DNA of 64,000 bases from Lama guanicoe (Eukaryota): the NCBI GenBank assembly GCA_013239625.1, contig MU053823.1, forward strand, positions 147,698 through 211,697, read 5' to 3'. Shown here one piece after another: positions 38,601 to 50,600 of this stretch; within the stretch, counting starts at the first letter, position 1, and each line of letters opens with the position of its first letter. The position numbers and the translations under genes were made by a program. The notes beneath the pieces are model-generated. The model saw nothing but the letters and a program-made list of their open reading frames with translations. It made no database searches and had not been told where the DNA came from.

Positions 38601-41600
38601 TCCCAAAGCGTGCTACAATATCTTAAATAGAGCAGACCTCAATTTCTCTTAATAAAGTTTTATTTCATTCTAGCGTAGAGCCTAGGGTTTGCCTCTGAAC
38701 TGTGTAACAAAGGATCTTTGAGTACTTAGATGAGAGTATTTGGGGGGTTTTTTTCTCCTAAAATTGTTAAACACCTTCAAAATCATCTTCTCTATAAATT
38801 ATCTACTCAATGGAGCCACTCAAAGAAAGACTAGTCGTGATTGTTCTTTTCTTTACTCCTTGCACTTAAGAAAACTAAGCCATGAATAATTTTGTCCTTT
38901 TGTCCTTTGCGTTTGTACAGGTTTATAACCTGCTACCAGTAAAGGACCTCAACGGTTTGCCAGAGAGTTTAAATCAACAGGAGGAAGATGATGGAGACTG
39001 TATCAGTCACCAAAATGTCTACATCAATGGGATCCTGTATTCCCCAGTAACAAATACAAAAGAAAAAGATATGTATAGCTTCCTACAGGTAAATCCCTCA
39101 TATTGTTGATGGTCAGTTCTTAAGGTTAACAAAATATTATATATGAGAAAAACTTATTTTAATGCTGTCACATCATAGTTGATGGTAATGGGACATTAGA
39201 GAGGTCAAGTGACTTCTCCAAGGTCACCAATAGCAACAGAGGCAGGACTGAAACTTTTTGGACCATTAGGTTAAGTTTTTTTTTTTAATTTTTACTGAAA
39301 TTCATTGCCTTGTGATGTTTATAAATATCACATATATAAAATAATTACTGTCGAAAGAGTTACAAAAATAGAATGAAATTACCTCTGTAAGTACATCAAC
39401 TTCCTTTCTACTAATATGAACATTAAAAGTTTAATAATAAACTAACTGGATCGTTACTTAAATTCAATGAAAAGAAGTATGTGCCTATATATATATATTT
39501 TACAATATTTACATACTGATTAGATGATAATTTCCTTTACAGGACATGGGCTTAAAGGTATTTACCAACTCAAAGATTCATAAACCCAAATTATGTCCAC
39601 AACCTCAACAATATGAAGTACATTCAGCTCAAAGACTATTATTATCTTCTCCAGGTAAAAAATTTAATAAAAATTAATTGCTTAATATATTGAACCAAAT
39701 ACAATAATTCTTTTAAAAAAAGATTAAATGTGATAAAAAAAAATTAACCAAAAAAGTATTTGTGACTCAGATATATTAAGGTTCTTGCTCAAGGTCACAT
39801 AACAGTCAAACCAAAAAATTCTGATTATGTCAAACCCCCATATACACAAAGCTAGAAAGACTATAAGACAGTACTTGTAAAAAGTGTTATCAGACAGGTA
39901 CAGATGTACAGAATAAAAGAAAAGATTGATTCCGATTGAGGAATCAAGAAAGTCATTCACAAAGAATCTGCTTCTACTAAAGGGAGATGTGTGGAGTTCA
40001 AAAGGGAAGAGAAGGTTTCCAGGTGTAGGATCAGTGTAAACAGAACCAGAAATGCTCACAAATTGGGGCCACATTCTCACCAGTCAAGTAAAGAAGCTCT
40101 TGAACATCCCTAAAACATCAGCCAATATCCATGTTGAAATCACACTCATTTCTCAATGATATGGGCTACTTCTCTGTTGAATCGCATAGTAATCAAGCAT
40201 TTATTTATTCACAGTCTGATATTATCAAGTCATAGTTCAATATAGGTTGAGTACAAATAAAAGAATTTGTCAAAAATCAAGGAAAATATCCAGTGGGAAT
40301 CAATTTGACTATATGGAACTTAAATAAAGTTTATTGTATATTTGTATCATTATTTATAAATTATATTACTTAATCCTTTATCAGTAAGATTTGTAGTAGA
40401 TTCATCTGTGTGTAAGTGTATAGGTGCCCCAGATTTTTCCCAGCAAGCTGGTTGTTAAATATTTAGCAGTACACCATTAACAGAAGGTAAATATGGTGAG
40501 AGATCCGGAATCTGATCTTCTGACATGTACGGAAATAAAGAGGTTTTTTTATTCTTGATCCTTTCACTCCTATAAACTGTTTCTCAAAGTCACCGACATG
40601 TTTGGGCACGACTCTTCTTTGCTCCCACAGAGAAGGAGATGAAATTCCAACCCCATGTCCCAGTGCTCCCCATGGGGGACAATGTGCAGTAGCCCCGGGG
40701 CCTCCTTCCCGCTCCTCGGACAACCCAAGACGCTTTCTGCCTCTAGGTCTCTGTGCTCTCTGCTTGTGAGAACACTCCTAGCTTACCCTAATACTGCAGA
40801 ATTCACCTGAAGTATCACCTCCTCAAAGCAGCTTTCCCTTAACACCCAAGGGTCCACTCATGGTTCCTATTTCATTACCCTGTTTCTGTTGTAGCACTTA
40901 TCACAGTCTCTCATAAGCTTTATCTTCATATTTGTTTCTGTCTCCTCCACAGCCTTAGTGGAAATGGGACGAAGACATGAGATTAGGAATATGATACACA
41001 TTTCAGAGCCTCCCACAGAGACACTGCGAACGTACTTCCCTGAGACGTGGATCTGGGACTTGGTGGTGGTAAAGTAAGCGACTTCTTTTATATGTAAGAA
41101 GCAGCAATGTAGATCCCTCACAGTTTTCAATTCTTAGCTAATTTTTCAATATCCAAGTATATCTTTTAGACACATTGCTGTTTTCAGGAGAGGTTTAATG
41201 TAACACTTCTGTTGTGAAGTCTCACTAATCTAACTGTATCATTTTGCACAAATTTAATTCTAAGATTTCCAGAAAATGGGCATAAGGACTAAATATAACC
41301 AAGCACTGCACAGATTAACACCTATAAGAGATCTTTCACTGGTCAGCAATCTTGAGTTAAGTACAGAATCAGTCAGGCCAACTATATACACAGTAGTAGT
41401 AGAATTAAAAATGATAAACCTGTCCTCAGTGGAACAATATGTTAAAGAGAAAAATTTAAGAACAATCTAAAATTACATATTTAGTTTATAATTATATTGC
41501 CTATAATAGAATATACTACAACTCTATGTCTATAGGGGATTCTCATATTAACTAGAATTAAAAACACGGTTGAAGAAAAAGGACTTATACATTCCCATTT

Positions 41601-44600
41601 CAAGCCTTGATTATACTCTCCATTATTGGTATTTCTACTGAGTGCATTCAAGTCGTGACAATAGAATTATTCACAGGGGTTGTCTTCCTAGAAAGGATTT
41701 ACAAACATACCTCAAAGATATTGTGCATCTGGTTCTAGACCACTTCAATAAAGCAAATATCACAATAAAGTGAGTCACCTGAATTTTTTGATTCCTCAGT
41801 GCATATGAAGGTTACGTTTATACTACACTGTAGTCTGTTAAGTGTGCAACAGCATTATGTCTTTGACAACTACATACCTTAATCAAAAAAAATATTTATT
41901 GTTCTAAAATGCTAACTGTCATCTGAGCCTTCAGTGAGCCATAATCTCTTTGCTGGTGGAGTCTTGCCTCCATGCTGGTGGCTGCTGACTGATCAGAGTG
42001 GTGGTTGCTGAAGGCCAGCATGGTTGTGCTAACTTCTTAAAACAAGACAGCAATGAAGTTTGCTGCATCAATGGACTCTTCCTTCCACAAACAATTCTCT
42101 GTAGCATGCAGTGGCGTTTGAGAGCATTTTACCCACAGTAGAATGTCTTTCAAAGTTTCAGTCCTCTCAGACTTGCCGCTGCTTTGTCAACTAAGTGTAT
42201 GTAATAGTCTAAATCCTGTATTGTCATTTCAACAATCTTCACAGCGTCTTCACCAGGAATAGACTCTACCTCAGGAAACCACTTTCTTTCTTCATCCACA
42301 AGAAGCAACTCTCCATACATTAAAGTTTCATCATGAAATTGCAGCAATTCGGTTAAATTTTCAGGCTCCACTTCTAATTCCGGTTTTCTTGCTATTTCTT
42401 CCACATCCATAGTTACTTCCTCTACTGAAGTCTTGGACCCTTCAAAGTCATCCATGAGGGTTGGGATCAACTTCTTCCAAACTGCTTTTAATATTGATAT
42501 TTTGACCTCTTCCCATGAAGCATGAAGGTTCTTAATGACATCTGGAATGGTGATTCCTTTCCAGAAGGCTTACCCAGCTCCATCAGAGGAACTGCTGTCT
42601 ATGGCAGCTATAACCTTACAAAATGTATTTCTTAAATAATAAGACTTGAGAGTCGAAATCACTCCTTGTTCTACGGGCTACAGAATGGCTGTTGTGTTAG
42701 AGGCATGAAAATGACACTGATCTCATCCATCTCCATCAGAGCTCTTGGGTGACCAGATGCATTGTCAATGAGCAGCAATGTTTTGAAAGGAATCATTTTT
42801 CTCAAGAGTGGGTTCAAAATATTTAGGCAACTATGTCGTAAACAGATGTACTTTCATCTAGGCTTTGTCATTCCATTTATAGAGCCCAGCAGAGTAGATG
42901 CAGCATAACTCTGAAGAGCCCTAGGATTTTGAGGATTATTGCATTGGTTTCACCCTCAAGTCACCAGCTGCATTAGCCCCTAACCAGAGAGTCAGCCTGT
43001 AATTAAAGCTTTGAGGCCAGGCTTTGACTTCTCCTCTCCAGCTATGAAAGTCCCAGATGCATCCTCTTCCAATATAGGGCTGCTTCACCTACGCTGAAAA
43101 TCTAATTGTTGGTGTAGTCACCTTCACTAATTATCTCAGCTAGCTCTTCTGGATAACTTGCTACAACTCCCATATCAGCACCTGCTGCTTCACCTTGCAC
43201 TTTTATGTTATAGAGGCAGCTTCTTTCTTTAATCCTCATGAACCACCTCTGCTACCTTCACACTTGTCTTCTGTAGCTTCCTTACCTTGCTCCGCCTTCA
43301 CAGAATTGAAGAGAGGGAACGGTCTGGATTAGGTTTTGGCTTAAGGGAATGTTGCGGCCCATTTCATCTTCTATCTAGACCACTAAAACTTTCCCCGTAT
43401 CAGCAATAAGGCTGTTTTCCTTTCTTATCCCTCGTGGGCTTATTCAGGTTGCATTTTAAATTTCCTTCAAGAACTTTTCTTGTATATTCATCACTTGGCT
43501 AACTGTTTGATGCAAGAGGCTTAGTTTTTGGCCAATCTTGCTTTCAACATGCCTTCCTCACTAAGCTTAATCATCTCCAGCTTTTGATTTAAAGTGAGAG
43601 ACTTACGACTCTTTCCTTTGTTTGAACACTTAGAGGCCACTGTAGGGTTATTAATTGGCCTAATTTCAATATTGTTTTGACTCAGAGAATAGGGAGGCCC
43701 AAGGCAAGGGAGAGAGACAGGGGAACAGCTGGCCAGTGGAGCAATCAGAACACACACAACATTTATCTATTAAGTTTGTCATCTTCTATGGGTGCAATTC
43801 ATGGCACTCCCAAACAATTACAGTAGCAACATCAAAAATTACTGATCACAGATCACCATAACAAATATAATAATAATTTAAAAGCTTGAAATATTGAGAG
43901 AATTACCAAAATGTGACACAGAGACATGAAGTGAGCAAATGCTGTTAGAAAAATGGCACCAATAGACTTGTCTAACGCACAGCAGCCACAAACCTTCCAT
44001 TTGTAAAAGGGACCGTATCTGTAAAGCGCAAGGAAGCAAAGTGCAATAAAACGAGATAAGTCTGTATTTAACTGCTTCCTTTTTGTTCTTCCCATCACCA
44101 CCCTCCCCAGACCGTCAGGTGTGGCTGAACTAGAAGTGACAGTCCCCGATACCATCACTGAGTGGAAGGCAGGGGCCCTCTGCCTGTCCAGCGACACTGG
44201 GCTTGGTCTCTCTCCAACTGCCTCTCTCCAAGTTTTTCAGCCCTTCTTCGTCGAGGTCACAATACCCTACTCTGTGATCCGCGGAGAAGCCTTCACACTC
44301 AAGGCCACTGTGTTAAACTACCTTCCCAAATGCATCCCGGTAAGGAGCTCTTTCTTAAATTGAACACAAGGTAACAGTCAGATAAATTAAAAACTGCATT
44401 CCTGGGGACACTGACAAACTCCTGGGTCTAAGAAGGGCTCACCAGGGGAAGAACACGCCCACAGACAGCCGAACGTTGTATGGCCATGGTTGCTGAGATC
44501 TCCAAATACCAAGTAACAACTTAAAAGAAGGTTCTGACCCTTATCCTAACCCTTTAAAGTTAGGAAGTTTGTGTAGCATGAAGATTTTTGACACGAACAA

Positions 44601-47600
44601 CAAAAACCAGTATGCTGATTCCACGTCTTATATTCTCCAAAGTTTCAACCTCTACATTCCCGCTGAATGTGCATCTTATGTCTGCTGAAACCGTAACTGT
44701 GTATAAATCTGTACACTCTGCTGGGAGAGCTGAGGGTGTGGTCAGGATCCCAGACCAAAGGAGAAGCACTCCCACAGGCAACAGTCCATCAGGACTTGTC
44801 CTCACCTCTGCTCCTACCTAATGGAGAAGCAGATTATCCCCAAATACTAATATTTTGATATCAGATCTACCTGTCAGGTTCTTGGTCTTCATTTATATCA
44901 TCTTCAGTATTAGGCAACCTGAAATCTAACCAACCACCTGACATGCTTTGTTTCAAGCCGTTCTCCCTTTGGTCTCCCCTTTCCCTCTCATCTGTTTGTC
45001 TCTTTGTCTCATGTGTGGCTCCAGGTCAGTGTGCATCTAGAAGCCTCCCCGGAATTCCTAGCTGTCCCAGGGGAGAAGGAACAAGAGTCTCACTGCATCT
45101 GTGGGGATGGCCGGCAAACCGTGTCCTGGGCAGTAACCCCAAAGTCATTAGGTAAGAGACAGTCTCCTAGAGACAGTTCTCCGCTCAAAGACTGTGCACA
45201 TCTCTGGGATCCTTATATCCAGGCAAAGACCCCCCCCCAGATGGTAGAATTTTTTCTTTTGTCTTTCATTCTAGAACATCTAAAAGGATATCCCCCCTTC
45301 CCTCACCTCCATCTCCACCTTGGGTTCTCAGTATCATTAACCTCTAGATTATGTTACTTCCATTCCTGCTCCTAGGGCTTTATAGAACAAAAAAAGGCCA
45401 CAAAGCATTAAACATTTATAAATTTAGGGGAGGGGAGGCATAGAGGGAGAGAGATGGTGCTTCACCTCTACTGGCCCCTTTTTTTAGGAAATGTGAAATT
45501 CAGCGTGAGTGCAGAAGCACTGGATTCTCAAGAGCTGTGTGGGACTGAGGCGGCTGTGGTCCCCGAACTCGGAAGGAAAGACACAATCATCAAGCCCCTG
45601 TTAGTTGAAGTAAGTAAGCCTGCCCATTTGATGGGTCACCATGAATCGAGAAAAACAATGGCGAATCCAGTTGGGGTTCCAACTTTTAGGGAAGAAGGGC
45701 TAAAGCCTATAAGGTTATGGGATATTTCACAATATGATTGCCCCCTCTCTCTCTCTCTCTCTCAACTTTGTAAATTTCCCCTCACTCTCTGGGATCTATC
45801 AACCTGTCTCCTTAATATCACATCTAGTTAGAGAATTTGTTTATACATTTGAAAATCAGTTCCAATTCTTCTCTTCACCATCAAGAAACCTGCAGTTCCC
45901 CTGTCAACACACCTGTCCTGAAAGTCAGTCCATTCTCTCTTCTAACTTTTCTTTCTTTCCACCTAAAGCCTGAAGGATTGGAGAAGGAAGCAACATTCAG
46001 TTCCCTGCTTTGTCCACCAGGTAAGACTCATCCATCATCATTAAAAGGAAATGTCTGGAAACCTCAGAATCCCATTCATATATGTTGAAGATATTTTTTT
46101 AAAGCTGGAATATTAGAAGAAGGATAACTTTTCAGAAGTTTAGGTGCAAGGCATAGCTCTGGCTTCTGGGTCTTGAAGGTCTTCAGGGAGATATATTTTC
46201 CAACAGAAAGAATTTTCATTACAGCTGATTTGTTTCTATCTCTAGGTGACAAGGCGTCTGAACAATTATCTCTGAAGCTGCCACCAAATGTGGTAGAAGA
46301 ATCTGCCCGAGCCTCTGTCTCAGTATTGGGTGAGTCTCCAGTCCTCATGGACTACTGTACTATATTGATAATGTCTACTATTGTTTTCCCATAAATACTT
46401 TCTCAAAATAACAACTATAATTTTAACTTCTTTCTTCTCTTCTTCTTTGGACTTGTTTATTGCTTCCGATCATATCTCTGTCCCTGGAAGACTCACCCTT
46501 CCTAAAAGTCCTCATTTATTTACCTCAGCTAATTATTCATTTCTTCTTAATGATTCTGACAAGTTATCATCTGTAAACTTTATGACTTGCCATCTCTCCC
46601 ATTTCCTAGGAGATATTTTAGGCTCTGCCATGCGAAATACACAAAATCTCCTCCAAATGCCCTATGGCTGTGGAGAACAGAATATGGTCCTCTTTGCTCC
46701 TAACATCTATGTTCTGGATTATCTAAATGAAACACAGCAGCTGACTGAAGAAATCAAATCCAAGGCCATTCTCTACCTCAACATGGGTGAGTGACTGAAT
46801 AAGTGAGTGAAAACTTCACAGTGTTCTTTTAATAATAGGTTCAATTCCATAATAGGCTTGAGTTACTTATCAAGTCTCTGTTACATCAATTTATCATACT
46901 ATGATGGTTACAATAATAAGAATACCATGACAGTTCATTTCAATGGAAACTATCCAGTATCCAACCTCCGATAAAATGTTTAGGACTCAGAACCTTCTAA
47001 CGTATTATAGCAAAATTAGGAAATAGGACAAGACACCAAGGCATTTTAGTAATTTCTCTGGCCACAGAATGTACGAAATGCCATGTTGCTTCCTTAACCT
47101 TCCATTCAGGTTACCAGAGGCAGCTGAACTACAAACACTCTGACGGCTCCTACAGCACCTTTGGGGAGAAGCATGGCCGCAGTAAGGGCAATACCTGGTA
47201 AGGGAGAGACAGCTTTTTTGAGTTCCTATTTCTGTGTCAAGTCCTTTACATATATTATCAAAATGATATTCCCGGTAACCCTACCAGATATGTATTACTA
47301 AACCTATAGTTGGTTATCCTAGATCAATACACCAAGACTAGCAAGGTAACAGGCAAAAAAGTGAGATTCCAATACATGTATGTTGACTTGTCCCCAAAAC
47401 TCATCCTGCTAATAAGGCAGCAAGGAATTCTTTCTGAAACAGCGAATTTTTTTCTAAAATAGCTCAAATGATTGTGAGTTTTTTCATGAGATAGCTAATG
47501 AACATATCATATAACTTCTAGATAAACCATGTTAACCTCAGCTTATATTATGCTTTTTAGATCATATTCATCTTGACTGAGAATAAATTCACTAATAGGG

Positions 47601-50600
47601 GGAAAGGAATGAGAAGGACGCAGTGAAATGAAACACTGGTTTGAAATCCCTAAGGCAAAGCAGTATCAGGAGCTCTTGCATGTAAGAGCTGTACGCGAGA
47701 AGATTCGCTACCTATAGAAGAAAATCAGTAAAGAAAGATTTGAAGCCTCACTCAAAAAAATAGGAAAAAAATAAGTAACATTAGAAGTACAGTTGACCCT
47801 TGAAAACCACAGGGCTTAGGAGCGCCAACCTCCCCCGGTAGAAAATCCATGTGTCACTTTACAGCAGACCCTTTGTATCCCCTGTTGTGTATCCACAGAT
47901 TCAACCAACTGGGGGTCACGTAATGTTGTAGTACATATTTAGTCAAAAAAAGAAAAGAAAAGAAAAAGAAAAAGAGAAGGAAAAAAAAATCCATGTGTAA
48001 GTAGACCCATGCAGTTCAGACCATGTTGTTCAACGGTCAACTGTACTAGATCTAACAGATTCGTCGAGTAAAGGTGACGAGAGCTCTAAGGACATAAGAA
48101 TTCCCATCAGAAGACTCACATCAATGGAAGAAGTATCCTATGCAGCCTGTGGCTGTGAATTGGTCATAAAACCATTGTAACAACGTGAATATTGTCATCC
48201 CTTAGGCTCACAGCCTTCGTACTGAAGACTTTCGCCCAGGCTCGAGCCTACATCTTCATTGATGAAGCACATATTACTGACGCCCTCACCTGGCTCTCCC
48301 AAAAGCAGAGGGATGATGGCTGTTTCAGGAGCTCTGGGTCACTGCTCAACAATGCCATTAAGGTGAAGTGTTCCTGGAGCTAGTTTTGATTTGTCCATTA
48401 TGATGTCTACAAGGATGAGGAGAGGAAGTAATAACATAAGAATTCCTTAAGGAAGGTATCAGAAAAAGAAAATGTGGAGAGGAGGGTATAGCTGAAGCAG
48501 TAGAGCGCATGCTTAGCATGCAGGAACAAGGTCCTGGGTTCAATCCCCAGTACATCCTCTGAAAATAAATAAATAAACAAACCTAATTACCTCCCCCTGC
48601 CAAAAAAAAAATTTTTTTAAAGAAAAATAAAACCCAAATAGCACCAAGAAAGTGGGGATGGAATTTAGGGTGACTGATATTTTGCCCCGGGGGATGAGTA
48701 TGGGTAAGGACATATTCCATACCAGCAGAATACAAGGAGATGATTAACAGCATTCTCGGAAGGGAGATTACTCAAATCTCCATCTCTCTCTCATACTTAC
48801 AGGGTGGAGTGGATGATGAAGTGACCCTCTCTGTCTACATCACCATCGCCCTTCTGGAGATTCCTCTCCCTGTCACTGTACGTGCCCTTACTGAAGCATA
48901 GTTCTGGATGCAATGAGACTGCTGACCTGCTGTCTGAAACACTACCCCGCTAACAGCCAAGTGTCAGCTGTCCCTCTGTGCAACACCAGTGCCTCCCACA
49001 TCAGCAGAGAATTCGGTCAATCCATTAAGAAAGATTTACACTTTCCCAGTGATGCCCTCCCCCGGCTATTTCTCGGCCAGCAGCCTCACCACCACTGCAC
49101 ACACACAAAGTGAATGCTAAAGATATATTCCTGCCTTATGAATGTGAGGGCAACAGATTTAAGAAATACTATTCCAGAAGAGTGTGGCTAGAGGGACAAA
49201 TGCATGTGGAAAACGTCTTTACCTGTGTGCTGTGCTCTGTGAGTAGACCTGGGAGCACCAGCCTCCCTGTCACATAGCCCAACCCCCCTTGCTCTCCCTT
49301 CACAGCACGTCGTTGTCCGCAATGCCCTGTTCTGCCTGGAGTCAGCCTGGAAGTCAGCCAAGGAAGGAGCCCACGGCAGCCACGTCTACATCAAGGCACT
49401 GCTGGCCTATGCGTTTGCCCGGGCGGGTGACCAGGAAAAGCGGAGAGAAGTTCTCAAGTCACTTCACGAGGAGGCTGTGAATGTGAAGGAGGGTAAGCGC
49501 ACCCCAGATCCTTCTCCCATCCCACCTTCTCTGCTGCAAGCACTCCACTGCAGGAATCCCCAGGAGACCTCTCAGCATCCTTTCCCCTCTCTTCTTTTGT
49601 CTGTAACATTATAGAATCTAAGATTTGGAACTCAAGTCACACGTCCAAGGTGAGAGGCGGTACACTGTAATAGGGAGACGCTCGGCCTCTGAAGGCTGGC
49701 TCCAAAACACAGTCCCCACGTGACGTCGGGCAAGTCTCTTAACTTGTCTGTTTCAGCTTCTTCATCAGTAAAACGGGAGTAATAACAGCATTTATCTCAA
49801 AGTAAATAGTATTTATCTCATAGGATTAAATGAGCTAATACATGGAAAACAGAGAATACGGCATGGAGCACGTGCTATAAAAGTATTAGCTGTTAAGATT
49901 AAGATATCAGTTTTCTACTATATACCCAACCCTTATATCATATCATCTTAAACATAAGAAAAGATTGAAGAAAGTAACCCTATGAATAAATTCTCATATT
50001 TTATGCTCATTTCGCAAGACTGGTGATGTTGACAGATCTATTCATTATTTACACAGCACTTCTACGGATACAGTGGTCTATATGAGGGGTTGAAGAAACA
50101 GAAAAGAAAATGCAAGTAATAATAAGATAGCCAATAAAACATATTCCCCCTTGACAGTGTCATTCATTGTTTATTCTTAAAAATGTTGGGAAATATTTCA
50201 GGCATACAAAAAGGCACGGAGAATAATTAGCAAGCACCTTCAGGACCTCCCTTCCAGCTTAAGAGAAAAGTATCACCAGTGCTGGAAAGATTCCCACCCA
50301 CAAGGGAACTCATTGTCCTGAATCTGTCATTACAACCTTCATGGACTTCTGTATCTTTTTACTACATATGGATCCCTAAATCATATTCAGAATGTTTACT
50401 TTTCATCTTCAGATCAGAAGCCTCATCCTTCTGAGGATTTCTGCTTGCTTCCTTGTCTGTTTGCTTTTCGGTTTTTTTTTTTTAAGTTCAGCCTCAGGCT
50501 GGTAAGAGTCCCCTGCATGGGTACCTGTACCTCCTGCTCACTAGCTGTCAGTCATACTTGCTGCGGAACGCGTTACAGCACATAAAAGGGTTGCAGCTTA

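Noticed and set aside
40467..40486. Possible microexon ending in cagaag|gtaaat in intron 17
   Set aside because: Lengths of 17 or 20 nt would shift the frame; weak polypyrimidine tract
40612..40692. Strong-looking acceptor in intron 17 (cttctttgctcccacag) as a possible alternative bait exon
   Set aside because: The required phase-1 frame reaches TAG after about 20 codons with no convincing donor before it
42150..43757. Transposase-like ORFs as a domesticated TIGD gene
   Set aside because: Short disconnected fragments within a decayed Tigger1
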